Under the pieces are notes generated by a model. The model worked only from the letters and a program-made list of their open reading frames with translations. It was not told the DNA's origin and ran no database searches. From positions 585,265-649,264 of the forward strand of contig CAWIVH010000021.1 in NCBI GenBank assembly GCA_963839475.1: a DNA stretch of 64,000 nucleotides, read 5' to 3'. The position numbers were made by a program, and so were the translations under genes. The stretch comes from an uncultured Acidobacteriota bacterium (GTDB lineage Bacteria > Acidobacteriota > UBA6911). Shown one piece after another: positions 1-9,671 of this stretch (its first letter is position 1; each line of letters begins with the position of its first letter).

Positions 1-8
1 TAAGAAAG

Positions 9-1997
9 ATGATTCGAGCCGCAGTTTTTTCAGTGGTATTCGTTTTCGCAATCGCTTTTTTCGTGAACAGCTGCAGGCAGCTTGTCAGGACACTGGGCAT
101 TGGCCGGAGTGAGAATCGAACCGACCGCATCGGAACCCGCATCAAGAGGGTGCTGGTAGTCGCCTTCGGACAATCCAAGCTCCTGCGCGAACCGCTGGCA
201 GGAATGCTCCACTTCTTCATTTTTTGGGGATTCGTGATCCTGCTTTCCGCGGTGCTTGAGGCAATCATCGAAGGCTTCTATCCCGGATTCACTCTGGAGG
301 TTCTGGGCCCGCTTTTCCCTGCAATTGCTATATTGCAGGAATCCGTCGGAATTCTTGTCGTCGTGTCAGTTCTCATTGGACTGGTCCGCTGGTATGTAGT
401 ACCTCCCAAACGATACTATGGCCCCGAGATAAGCACCCATGTCCGCACGGATGCCACTTTAATCCTCTGCACCATATTGTTGATCATCCTCTCGATGTTT
501 GGTGCTAATGCGGCGAAAATGATCCTGACCGGGAGTTATCCAGCTGCGCGCTTCGTTTCATTTCAAATGGCTGGGCTTTTCATGTCCGCCCCGGGGGTGC
601 GTGCCTGGTTCGAGGTTTGCTGGTGGATGCATATACTTCTGGTGCTGGGCTTTCTGAACTACCTCCCGCATTCGAAACACCTGCACGTTCTCAGTTCCAT
701 CCCGAATGTTTTCCTCTCCTCGCTGAAGCCCCGCGGAGCCCTTTCGAAACTGAACCTGGAGGATGAAAATGCAGAGAAATTCGGAGCTAACGATGTCGTT
801 GATCTGACCTGGAAGCAGCTGTTGGATGGCTACACCTGCACCGACTGCGGCCGCTGTACTGCAGCCTGCCCCGCCAATTTCACGGGCAAACCGCTCAGCC
901 CCCGGAAAATCATAATGAACCTTCGCCAGCGCACTGCTGAGCTGGCACCCGTCCTCCTCCAGCCTGGCGCTAGCGAAAATGTCGCTATCAAAGAGCATGT
1001 CCTGCTGGATAATTTCATTTCGGAGGATGAGCTTTGGGCCTGTACCACCTGTCAAGCGTGCATGCAGGAATGCCCTGTCACCATTGAGCACGTGCCGGCG
1101 ATCATGGATATGCGTCGGTATCTCGTCCTGACAGATTCCCGTTTCCCCGCCGAGCTGACCACGACCTTCAAAAACCTCGAAAACAATTTCAGTCCCTGGG
1201 CATTCAGCCCCGATACCCGCGCCGATTGGGCCAAGGGACTTGATGTGAAAATAATGAAGGATATGGAAGGCGAAGTGGAGGTCCTTTACTGGGTAGGATG
1301 TGCAGGAGCCTATGACAAGCGTTACGAAAAGGTTTCACGATCCATGGTCAAGCTGCTGAATGCGGCTGGGGTGCCATTTGCCATCCTGGGTACCGAAGAG
1401 AAATGTACCGGCGATGCCGCCCGCCGCGCGGGCAACGAGTATCTTGCCCAAATGCTGATGAACGAGAACGTGGAAACCCTCAACCGTTACAAGTTCAAGA
1501 AAATCGTGACAACCTGCCCGCACTGCTTCAATACCTTGAAAAACGAATACCCGGACTTCGGCGGGAATTATGAGGTGGTTCATCATACCGCTTTCCTGGA
1601 GGATTTGGTGCGAAGCGGAAAACTAAAGATCACCCGAAAGGCGGGCGAATCGGTGACCTTTCATGACTCGTGCTACATTGGCCGTTACAACGGGATCTAC
1701 GAAGCCCCGAGAAATTTGCTCGAATCGGCTGGCGCGAATCTCAAGGAAATGACTCGCTCCGGCGATAAAGGATTCTGTTGCGGTGCCGGCGGCGCCAGAA
1801 TGTTCATGGAAGAAACCATCGGCAAAAGGGTCAACGTGGAGCGCGTTGAGGAAGCCCTCCAACTCGCTCCTCAATCGATCGCGACCGCATGCCCGTTCTG
1901 CCTGACGATGTTGACCGACGGGCTTAAGGCGAAAGAAGCGGATGAAAAAACAGCGGTGAAAGATATTGCAGAAGTGTTGGCAGACACGATGGACTGA
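9..1997 (+). CDS. Membrane-bound Fe-S oxidoreductase, FadF/HdrF-like (DUF224; ETF:quinone oxidoreductase-like)
   Basis: N-terminal TM helices with His residues; two 4Fe-4S motifs (CTDCGRCTAACP, CTTCQACMQECP); two C-terminal CCG domains (KCTG, FCCGAGG). Confidence 0.85.
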   Translation: MIRAAVFSVVFVFAIAFFVNSCRQLVRTLGIGRSENRTDRIGTRIKRVLVVAFGQSKLLREPLAGMLHFFIFWGFVILLSAVLEAIIEGFYPGFTLEVLGPLFPAIAILQESVGILVVVSVLIGLVRWYVVPPKRYYGPEISTHVRTDATLILCTILLIILSMFGANAAKMILTGSYPAARFVSFQMAGLFMSAPGVRAWFEVCWWMHILLVLGFLNYLPHSKHLHVLSSIPNVFLSSLKPRGALSKLNLEDENAEKFGANDVVDLTWKQLLDGYTCTDCGRCTAACPANFTGKPLSPRKIIMNLRQRTAELAPVLLQPGASENVAIKEHVLLDNFISEDELWACTTCQACMQECPVTIEHVPAIMDMRRYLVLTDSRFPAELTTTFKNLENNFSPWAFSPDTRADWAKGLDVKIMKDMEGEVEVLYWVGCAGAYDKRYEKVSRSMVKLLNAAGVPFAILGTEEKCTGDAARRAGNEYLAQMLMNENVETLNRYKFKKIVTTCPHCFNTLKNEYPDFGGNYEVVHHTAFLEDLVRSGKLKITRKAGESVTFHDSCYIGRYNGIYEAPRNLLESAGANLKEMTRSGDKGFCCGAGGARMFMEETIGKRVNVERVEEALQLAPQSIATACPFCLTMLTDGLKAKEADEKTAVKDIAEVLADTMD

Positions 1998-2047
1998 GTC
2001 CGGATCCGGGGACGGTTGACACGATGATTGCCCCGCCTCGAAATCTG

Positions 2048-2638
2048 TCAGAAATTCCGGCGCCGGATCGTGCAGCCGCTTGCCCTTGTTTCGGGTGTGG
2101 TCACAGGCTTACCCGCAAGAACCTCGTTTAAAGCCTCCTCAAGGCCGCCGCCGCGTCCGCCTTCCCCTGGCTTTTTGCTGTCCAGGGCACCCTGGTAACG
2201 CAGGATTCCTTGACGGTCGATCACACAAAACGTGGGGGTTTGTGTCGCTTTCAGCTTTTCCGCCAGGATTCCGTCCTCATCAAGCAGGACGGGATACGGA
2301 AGGCTGAGATTTGCCGCATTGTGCCGGATCTCGAGCGGGCTCTCGTTGTTGTTTGAGTTCACCGCCAGCACTTCTACCCCGGCATCACGGTACCTGGCCT
2401 GGAGAGAGCGCAGCCTTTCGTCACTCGCCAGTACAACGGGGCATTTGAACGCCCAGAATACGAGAATTAGCACGCGCCCGGAATAGTCATTGAGGGAATA
2501 AGATTTTCCTGCCACGTCCGGCAGCCTGAAATCCGGCGCTTTCTGGCCGATTTCACCGGCGAAGACCAGAAACTGGCAAAAAACGGCCGTAAGAAGTGCT
2601 GAAGTCAGTCGCTTGAAGTGCCTTCTCCTGGTCATCAT
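2048..2638 (-). CDS. Exported redoxin / AhpC-TSA-like thioredoxin-fold protein
   Basis: Signal peptide; GQKAPDFRLPD, FWAFKCP, TPTFCVID and C-terminal GCTI motifs. Confidence 0.8.
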   Translation of the reverse strand: MMTRRRHFKRLTSALLTAVFCQFLVFAGEIGQKAPDFRLPDVAGKSYSLNDYSGRVLILVFWAFKCPVVLASDERLRSLQARYRDAGVEVLAVNSNNNESPLEIRHNAANLSLPYPVLLDEDGILAEKLKATQTPTFCVIDRQGILRYQGALDSKKPGEGGRGGGLEEALNEVLAGKPVTTPETRASGCTIRRRNF

Positions 2639-2759
2639 GATCCTAAAAGAGTGCCCGTCCTGAAAAAAGTTGCAGGAAGGTCGCGAAACGGGCGCCGCAA
2701 TCCTGAAACCGCTGTTGTTCCCTCAGCCCGGAACGGTCGCTCCAGCCTTACAAGCGTTA

Positions 2760-4106
2760 TCAGTCTACCCATTGACTCCAGGTCTGCAGCCGTCCTTTGA
2801 GGCTCGCCATAAACTGGTCTGCCACCGCGCCGTCAATAACCCTGTGGTCAAACGTGAGCGAAAGATAAACCATCGACCGGATGGCAATTGCATCGTGAAC
2901 AACGACCGGGCGCTTTTCAATTCCGCCGACGCCGAGGATTGCCACCTGAGGTTGGCTGATAATCGGTGTGCCGAATAGCGGCCCATAAATGCCCGGATTG
3001 GTAATCGATATGGTGCCGTTTTGAACCTCATCCGGTTTCAATCGCTTGGTTCGCGCGCGCTGGGCCAGGTCGTTCACCGCCAGGGCAATGCCGGTAAAAG
3101 ATTTCAAATGCGCATCTTTGACTACCGGTACAATCAAGCCCGATTCAAGCGCAACAGCAATCCCCACATTGACGGGCTTCTTATAGACAATCGAGTCACC
3201 GGAAACGGAGCAATTCATAATCGGATATTCGCGCACCGTATCCACAAGGGCCTTTACGATGAAGGGCGTGAAAGTCAGCTTGATGCCTTCGCGCTTTTCA
3301 AATTCGTCCTTGTGCCTATCCCTCAGGGCGACGATCGAACTTATATCCACTTCGAAAACCGTGTTGACATGAGCCGAGATACGCTTGCTGGCCACCATAT
3401 GCTCTGCAATCGATTTCCGCATCGAAGTCATCGGGACGGTCTCCGCCTCCCCGAAAAATCGTCCTGGTTCAGGCGCCTGGGCTGCCACCACTGCAGGCTG
3501 AGGAGTCTCAACAGCGCCCGATTCCCTGACGGCAGCTGCGGCAGCATCTGCCTTTCGTTGCTCGATGAAGTTGATGACGTCATCTTTGGTAATCCGGCCT
3601 TCCAGGCCCGATCCCTTCACCTCCGACAGGTCAATGCTGTTTTCACGCGCCATTCTCCTGACGAGCGGAGAAGTCCTTATGTCTCGCGGCTGCACAAGAG
3701 GCTGAGCTTTGGGTTTGATTTCGGCTGGTGAAGCGGTCATAGCCGATGCCGGTGCGGGCTCCGATGGAGCTGCCACTGCAGGCGGGGTTTCGACCTTCGG
3801 AGCGGGAGGCGGCACCGGCGGCGCAGGAACTGCCGGGGATTCCTGGGCAGGAGCAACCACAGCCCTATCCTCAGCCTCAATCACTGCGACCACGGTGTTG
3901 ATTTGAACGGTCTTCCCTTCCGGAACCAGGATCTCCTGGACGATCCCCGATGCCGGAGATGGAATTTCCGAATCCACTTTGTCCGTGGAAATCTCGAACA
4001 GGGGTTCATCCCGATTCACCTTTTCTCCGGCTTTCTTGAGCCATTTTGTGATGGTACCCTCAAAAATGGATTCACCCATCTGGGGCATGATTACTTTAGT
4101 CGACAT
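2760..4106 (-). CDS. 2-oxoacid dehydrogenase E2, dihydrolipoamide acyltransferase
   Basis: Lipoyl domain ISTDKVDSEIPSP, Pro/Ala linker, E3-binding SPLVRRMA..GRITKDD, catalytic FDHRVIDG. Confidence 0.95.
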   Translation of the reverse strand: MSTKVIMPQMGESIFEGTITKWLKKAGEKVNRDEPLFEISTDKVDSEIPSPASGIVQEILVPEGKTVQINTVVAVIEAEDRAVVAPAQESPAVPAPPVPPPAPKVETPPAVAAPSEPAPASAMTASPAEIKPKAQPLVQPRDIRTSPLVRRMARENSIDLSEVKGSGLEGRITKDDVINFIEQRKADAAAAAVRESGAVETPQPAVVAAQAPEPGRFFGEAETVPMTSMRKSIAEHMVASKRISAHVNTVFEVDISSIVALRDRHKDEFEKREGIKLTFTPFIVKALVDTVREYPIMNCSVSGDSIVYKKPVNVGIAVALESGLIVPVVKDAHLKSFTGIALAVNDLAQRARTKRLKPDEVQNGTISITNPGIYGPLFGTPIISQPQVAILGVGGIEKRPVVVHDAIAIRSMVYLSLTFDHRVIDGAVADQFMASLKGRLQTWSQWVD

Positions 4107-4221
4107 GGCCTTCTCGCTCTCCTGGGAATGGAATATACCAGTGATTCAGAACTCTACAGATTAATCGATAAATGTGGGCGGCACAATGGCACTGCGATCA
4201 TTGCCCCTCGGCCCTGCCGCC

Positions 4222-5196
4222 CTAATAAGCCGCCAACCTTCTTGCCGTTGCCATTACATCCGACACCTTGGGAAGAAAATACTCTTCCAAGGGCGGGCTA
4301 TAAGGAACCGGAGTGTCGGGGGCAGTCACGCGTAGGACCGGCCCGTCAAGAAATTCAAATGCCTCTTCATTTATGATTGCCGCGATTTCACCGGCAATCC
4401 CACCCGTACGGGTATCCTCGTGCAGGATGAAAACCTTGTTGTTCTTGCGCACCGATTCGAGCACGAGATCTTTATCGAGCGGCAACAGGGTGCGCAGGTC
4501 GACAACCTCCATCTCCACGCCTTCTTTTTCGAGCTCGGCTGCCGCCTCGCAGGCCACGTAAACCATAGCCCCGTAGGTCAGAACTGTCAGATCCGATCCT
4601 GGCCGACGTATCACCGCTTTACCAATCGGCACGACATATTCTTTCTCAGGCAATTCATCCTTGATTCTGCGATATAGGTATTTATGCTCGAGGAATATCA
4701 CAGGATCTTCGTCACGGATGGAAGATTTTATCAAGCCTTTGGCATCGTAGGCGGTGGACGGTGCCACCACCTTTAATCCGGGAGTATGAACGAAGTACAT
4801 TTCCGGGTTTTGAGAGTGGAAAGGGCCGCCGTGAACTCCGCCGCCCGAAGGCCCGCGAATGACGATCGGGACGCCTTGCCCCCAACGGTACCGTGACTTT
4901 GCCGCAAAACTGGTAATCTGGTCGAAAGCACAGGAGATGAAGTCCATGAATTGCATTTCCGCAATTGGACGCAACCCCATATACGCGGCACCGATGGCTG
5001 CGCCGACGATAGCGGACTCGGATATGGGGGTATCGAACACCCGCTCCGGACCGAAGCGCTCGAGCATTCCGGCGGTAACTTTGAAGGCCCCTCCGTACGT
5101 GCCAATATCCTCGCCAAGAAGGAAAACCCGGGAGTCCCGCTCCATTTCCTCCCATATGCCAGCGCGGATGGCCTCAAGGTAGGTGGTCGGACTCAA
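4222..5196 (-). CDS. 2-oxoacid dehydrogenase E1 beta (branched-chain/pyruvate type)
   Basis: GEDIGTYGGAF, DTPISE, EMQFMDF, GGGVHGGPFHSQ motifs. Confidence 0.93.
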   Translation of the reverse strand: MSPTTYLEAIRAGIWEEMERDSRVFLLGEDIGTYGGAFKVTAGMLERFGPERVFDTPISESAIVGAAIGAAYMGLRPIAEMQFMDFISCAFDQITSFAAKSRYRWGQGVPIVIRGPSGGGVHGGPFHSQNPEMYFVHTPGLKVVAPSTAYDAKGLIKSSIRDEDPVIFLEHKYLYRRIKDELPEKEYVVPIGKAVIRRPGSDLTVLTYGAMVYVACEAAAELEKEGVEMEVVDLRTLLPLDKDLVLESVRKNNKVFILHEDTRTGGIAGEIAAIINEEAFEFLDGPVLRVTAPDTPVPYSPPLEEYFLPKVSDVMATARRLAAY

Positions 5197-5270
5197 AACA
5201 GCCTCCTGCTCCAGGATTTTCTGTATTCAGCATGATCTACGGAACCGGAGATTTGCAGCTTCTTCAACGA

Positions 5271-6320
5271 TCAGCCCTCATAATAGACCCCGCCCAGGCA
5301 CTCCCTGGGTTCGGGATATGGATTGTTCTCAGCCCACGCCACAGCGGCATCCACTTCACCAAAGGCTTTTACGCGGAGTTCTTCAAGTTCCTCCTCGGTC
5401 AGAATGCGGGCTTGCAGCAGCGCTTCGCGGCAGATTTGAATCGGGTCTCTCTTTTCCCACTGCTCGAAGAGTTTGCGCGGCACATAAGCTGCATCATCAT
5501 GCGCCGAATGTCCGGTCATCCGGAAAGTTTTGCATTCGAGCAGTGTCGGCCCCAAACCTTTCCGCGCACGCGCTATCGCTCCACGCGTGGCCCGATAGAC
5601 TGCCATCACATCGTTTCCATCAACCACTTCACCTGGAATGCCATAGGCCGGGGCACGATCCGCAACATTCTCAACCGGCATCTGCTGTCTCAGCGGGGTG
5701 GAATAGGCATATTGATTGTTGTTGCAAATGAATACTGCGGGCAGTTTATGGATACCGGCCAGGTTCAAGCCTTCGTGCCAGTCGCCGCGGCTTGTGGCGC
5801 CGTCACCAAAATAGCACAGCACCACTCGGTCTTCCCTTTTCATCCGGAAGGCAAGAGCCATCCCCGCAGCCACAGGAACACTATCTCCAAGCATGCTGAC
5901 GAAGGGGATTACATGGTTATCCATGGACCCCATGTGCATGTTGCCATCCCGCCCTCGAGTATACCCACCCCGACGTCCCATGTACTGTGCGAGGATTCTT
6001 CCCGGCGTCATGCCGCGAATGAGGAAAGCCCCCATGTCCCGGTGAGAAGGGCAGATATAATCCTCAGGCAGGGTTTGGATACAGGAACCCACGGCGATAG
6101 CTTCCTGCCCGCGCCCGACATAGACGCCGCCAAGGATTTTGCCCTGACGATAGAGCTTCCTTTCGATCCTGTCCTCCAGCTCCCGGGTGAGGACCATATA
6201 ATAGAACATCAGCCGAAGAGTGCTCCGGTCAATATCCTGTATAAGGCTGGCTGCCTTTTCGATTTGTTCCACTCGCTCTTCCTCACTCATGGGGCGCGTC
6301 GTGCGTCTCATTTGTTCCAT
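5271..6320 (-). CDS. 2-oxoacid dehydrogenase E1 alpha (TPP-dependent)
   Basis: GQEA motif, TPP motif GDGA..NNQYA, RMTGHSAHDD loop. Confidence 0.93.
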   Translation of the reverse strand: MEQMRRTTRPMSEEERVEQIEKAASLIQDIDRSTLRLMFYYMVLTRELEDRIERKLYRQGKILGGVYVGRGQEAIAVGSCIQTLPEDYICPSHRDMGAFLIRGMTPGRILAQYMGRRGGYTRGRDGNMHMGSMDNHVIPFVSMLGDSVPVAAGMALAFRMKREDRVVLCYFGDGATSRGDWHEGLNLAGIHKLPAVFICNNNQYAYSTPLRQQMPVENVADRAPAYGIPGEVVDGNDVMAVYRATRGAIARARKGLGPTLLECKTFRMTGHSAHDDAAYVPRKLFEQWEKRDPIQICREALLQARILTEEELEELRVKAFGEVDAAVAWAENNPYPEPRECLGGVYYEG

Positions 6321-6390
6321 GCCGGACGGGCATTCCCTTCATTCCAGTTCGCCAGGTCCTCTCATTCGCAAAATGGCCATCCGCTTACGG

Positions 6391-7104
6391 TCAGCCTTTC
6401 ACCTCGGAAGCCTGCTCGAGTTTCAGGAGCAGGTTTTCTGCTGTGAGCCATTGCAGGCTCCGGCAGAATAAGCGTCCGAAGTGGACAGCATAATGCCGTG
6501 CAATTTCTTCCAGGGAAAAAGTTATCCCTGTCAACCCAGACATGGAGACTACGCCCTTGCCGGCAATTCCACACGGGACGATGAGGTCAAAGTACGACAC
6601 ATCGGTATTCACATTCAGCGCGAACCCATGGCGCGTAATCCAGCGGCTAATGTGTATCCCCATGGCGGCAATTTTCCCTTTGCGGGTCCATACCCCCGTA
6701 AGCTTCTCTCTCCGCTCTGATTCGATGCCGTACTCCGCGAGCAGATCGATCAGGCTCTGCTCCAGGGTGCGCATCAGGAGATGCACATCCCTTTCGCCTG
6801 CCCGCAGCTGAAGAATTGGATAGCCCACCAACTGCCCGGGTCCGTGGAAGGTTATATCTCCGCCACGTTCCACCTCAAAACGCTGAATCCCAAGGGACTG
6901 CAGCGTTTCATCAGTGGCGGTTAAATGCCTCCAATCCGCATTCCGTCCTAACGTGATCGTCGGCGAATGCTCCAATAAGATCAGGAAATCCTCATCCAAC
7001 CCATCTTTCTTTAAATCACAGGCCGCCCTCTGCAGGCGGAGTGCGCGCTCGTATTCCTGGCGTCCCATCCAGGCGGCATAAGTGGTATTGGCGATGTCTG
7101 GCAC
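6391..7104 (-). CDS. lipB: Lipoyl(octanoyl) transferase
   Basis: LEHSPTITLG, RGGDITFHGPGQLVGYP, KIAAMG, HGFALN, PCG. Confidence 0.95.
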   Translation of the reverse strand: MPDIANTTYAAWMGRQEYERALRLQRAACDLKKDGLDEDFLILLEHSPTITLGRNADWRHLTATDETLQSLGIQRFEVERGGDITFHGPGQLVGYPILQLRAGERDVHLLMRTLEQSLIDLLAEYGIESERREKLTGVWTRKGKIAAMGIHISRWITRHGFALNVNTDVSYFDLIVPCGIAGKGVVSMSGLTGITFSLEEIARHYAVHFGRLFCRSLQWLTAENLLLKLEQASEVKG

Positions 7105-7112
7105 TTCGGACC

Positions 7113-8516
7113 TCAGAAGTGAATGGCGGACCCGTAGATCGCGTGCGCTGCCTCCATGATCCCCTCCGAGAGGGTCGGGTGGGCATGGATGAGATGGGAA
7201 ACGTCCTCGGCTGCGGCCTCCAAACCAACAAGAGCCGTGCCCTCGCCGATCAGCTCGGTAACAAGGGGTCCGATCATATGCACGCCCAGGATCTGCTTGT
7301 ACCGTTTATCGCATACCAGCTTGACGAATCCGTCATTCTCGCCCAGGATTGTAGCCTTGCCTATTGCAGCAAAGGGGAAGCGGCTGGTGACGATTTCGTG
7401 GCCCCTTTCAAGAGCAACCTGCTCACTCAACCCGACGCTGGCAACCTCAGGGCTGCAATAAGTGCAACCCGGAACAAGATCGTAGTTTATCGGCTCCGTA
7501 GCCTGTCCGGCGATATGCTTCATTGCGAGAATCCCCTCGTGCGACGCCACATGGGCCAACTGCTGCGTCGGGACCACGTCGCCGATTGCGTAAATCCCGG
7601 GCTGACTCGTTTCCATGTTTTCGTCCACCGGAATGAAGCCCCGCGTCAGCGCCACTCGCAGCTTTTCCAACCCTATCCCTTCCGTAACGGGCCTGCGGCC
7701 CACCGCAATCAGAGCTTTTTCCGTGGTGAGCGTCTTTGGCTGGCTTCCTGCTTGAGTGATGACAGTCTTGACCAGCCCATCCTCCACCGAGAGATTTTCA
7801 AGCCTGGCATCGGTCATGATTTTGATCCGCTTGCGCAGCAGGATCTTCCGCAGCTCCTCGGATACCTCATGGTCTTCCACGGGTAGAATGCGCGGCAGCA
7901 TTTCAACGAGGGTGACGTCCGTGCCGAACCGTGCAAATATCGAGGCAAATTCAACGCCCACAGCTCCGGCCCCGACAACCAGCAAGGACTTCGGCACGGC
8001 TTCCAGGTCGAGTATTTCCTTGTTGGTCAGCACATACTGCCCGTCAATGGAAAGGCCGGGGAGCACCTTGGCTTCCGAACCCGTGGCGACGACGATTTTC
8101 TTCGCGCGCACCTCGGTCGAGGTTTCGCCCTCTACTTGAATCAAACCGGGAGCGACAATCGAACCCTTCCCGAGAAAGGTCGAGATTTTGTTTTTTTTCA
8201 TGAGGAAGTCGGTCCCCATGGCCAGCTTTTTGACAATTTTGTCCTTGCGGGCCTTCACCAGCTTGAAATCGAGATTGATATCCTTATAGAGAATACCGAA
8301 TTCTTTGCCGTGCAACGCTTTTTCATAGAGCTCGGCATTGAGAAGAAGGGCCTTTGTGGGGATACATCCCCAATGCAGGCAAGTTCCTCCGAATTTTTGG
8401 TATTTCTCAATGAGGGCGACCTTCAATCCCAATTGACTGGCCTTAATGGCGGCAACATATCCGCCGGGGCCGCTGCCAATAACTGCAACATCATAGGAGG
8501 TAGACTCAGCGCTCAA
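7113..8516 (-). CDS. lpdA: Dihydrolipoyl dehydrogenase E3
   Basis: GSGPGGY FAD site, GGTCLHWGCIPTK redox disulfide, HAHPTLSE. Confidence 0.97.
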   Translation of the reverse strand: MSAESTSYDVAVIGSGPGGYVAAIKASQLGLKVALIEKYQKFGGTCLHWGCIPTKALLLNAELYEKALHGKEFGILYKDINLDFKLVKARKDKIVKKLAMGTDFLMKKNKISTFLGKGSIVAPGLIQVEGETSTEVRAKKIVVATGSEAKVLPGLSIDGQYVLTNKEILDLEAVPKSLLVVGAGAVGVEFASIFARFGTDVTLVEMLPRILPVEDHEVSEELRKILLRKRIKIMTDARLENLSVEDGLVKTVITQAGSQPKTLTTEKALIAVGRRPVTEGIGLEKLRVALTRGFIPVDENMETSQPGIYAIGDVVPTQQLAHVASHEGILAMKHIAGQATEPINYDLVPGCTYCSPEVASVGLSEQVALERGHEIVTSRFPFAAIGKATILGENDGFVKLVCDKRYKQILGVHMIGPLVTELIGEGTALVGLEAAAEDVSHLIHAHPTLSEGIMEAAHAIYGSAIHF

Positions 8517-8722
8517 GGTTCACCTTCTCTGTCTCGGATTTTAATTAAATGTCTGGAAGCGTCGCCCGGCGGCCGGACGGCAGAAATCGGTTTTTCCGGA
8601 AGATACCTCTCCCCTTTTGCCTGCGATATCGCGCACATGCACCCGAGCGTTGCGCTTTCCCCGCAAAAGGGGCTTGGAGACCATTCCTGCTATCAGGCAG
8701 GGCGGCCTGAAAACAAGATGGA

Positions 8723-8752
8723 ATACTATCACCCGCTCAAGAAGGGAGTCAA
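8723..8752 (-). promoter_or_regulatory. Putative sigma70 promoter of the lpdA operon
   Basis: Minus strand TTGACT-18 nt-TAGTAT with extended -10 TG. Confidence 0.55.
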
Positions 8753-8788
8753 GGCAGCGTAACGGGTATCCTTAAGGATTCCAGCGTC

Positions 8789-8818
8789 TTGAACACGATT
8801 CCAGCCCTGGGGCATAAT
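8789..8818 (+). promoter_or_regulatory. Putative sigma70 promoter of xdhC (leaderless)
   Basis: TTGAAC-18 nt-CATAAT, ending 6 nt before ATG 8825; no SD sequence. Confidence 0.5.
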
Positions 8819-8824
8819 AGGCGA

Positions 8825-9658
8825 ATGGCTCTGGACATATTCGAAGAAATTGTTCGCTTGAGGCGATCTGGATCGAAGGCTGCACTTGCTACGATCGTGG
8901 CACGCCGCGGATCCACGCCGCGTAAAGATGCCGCAAAGATGATAATCCTTGAAGATGGCAGCCTAATCGGCAGTATCGGCGGAGGCTGCACGGAGGCGGA
9001 AGTGTGCAGGGAGGCCGCCAATATCATCCGCCTGGAAAAATCCGCCCTGATGAGCTTTGACCTTACCGAGGATGATGCAGAAGACAGCGGACTTCTCTGC
9101 GGAGGGACTATGGAGGTCTACCTGGAACCGATCCTGCCGGATCCGGTTTTGTATATTTTCGGAGCCGGGCACATCGGGCAATGCGTTGCCTCGCTGGCTC
9201 AGAATCTAGGCTTCAAGGTCGCCGTCATCGACGACCGGATCAAATATGCCAATCGAGACCGGTTCCCCGCTATTGACACCCTTTACGTCAACGAATGGCA
9301 TGAGGTGTTTCCCCAACTGCCGGTCAACGCGACGTCCTACCTCCTGATTGCAACCAGAGGCCATCGTTATGATCTGTCCTGCTTGCGATTCGCCTTGGGC
9401 ACCAACGCTCGCTATATCGGACTTCTGGGCAGCAGGCGCAAGACCAAGCTGCTTTTCGAGACGCTCGAAAAGGAAGGGAGAGATTTTAAGGATTTCGAGA
9501 GGGTATACGCCCCTGTAGGCCTGGAAATCGGTTCGGAGACTCCGGAGGAAATCGCCATCAGCATCGCCGCAGAGCTGGTAGCTGTCAAAAAAAACCTTGA
9601 TGTTCAGCCGCTAAAAAAGGCTATCCGATTTCTCAAGCCTGCCATCGCTGGATCCTGA
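8825..9658 (+). CDS. xdhC: XdhC/CoxI family molybdoenzyme maturation factor
   Basis: GSTPRK, GSIGGGC.E, LCGG, FGAGH, YIGLLGSRRK, APVGLEIGSETPEEIA. Confidence 0.9.
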   Translation: MALDIFEEIVRLRRSGSKAALATIVARRGSTPRKDAAKMIILEDGSLIGSIGGGCTEAEVCREAANIIRLEKSALMSFDLTEDDAEDSGLLCGGTMEVYLEPILPDPVLYIFGAGHIGQCVASLAQNLGFKVAVIDDRIKYANRDRFPAIDTLYVNEWHEVFPQLPVNATSYLLIATRGHRYDLSCLRFALGTNARYIGLLGSRRKTKLLFETLEKEGRDFKDFERVYAPVGLEIGSETPEEIAISIAAELVAVKKNLDVQPLKKAIRFLKPAIAGS

Positions 9659-9671
9659 AGGTAACCTCGCA

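Noticed and set aside
2760-6320. Naming E1/E2 as pdh, bkd or suc
   Set aside because: Motifs lean branched-chain, but substrate specificity cannot be fixed from the sequence alone
5232-6446. 404-aa plus-strand ORF, and similar long antisense ORFs (14220-15443, 21184-22149, 30763-31884, 34089-35087, 54611-55684)
   Set aside because: They are shadows of well-supported genes on the opposite strand and carry no motifs
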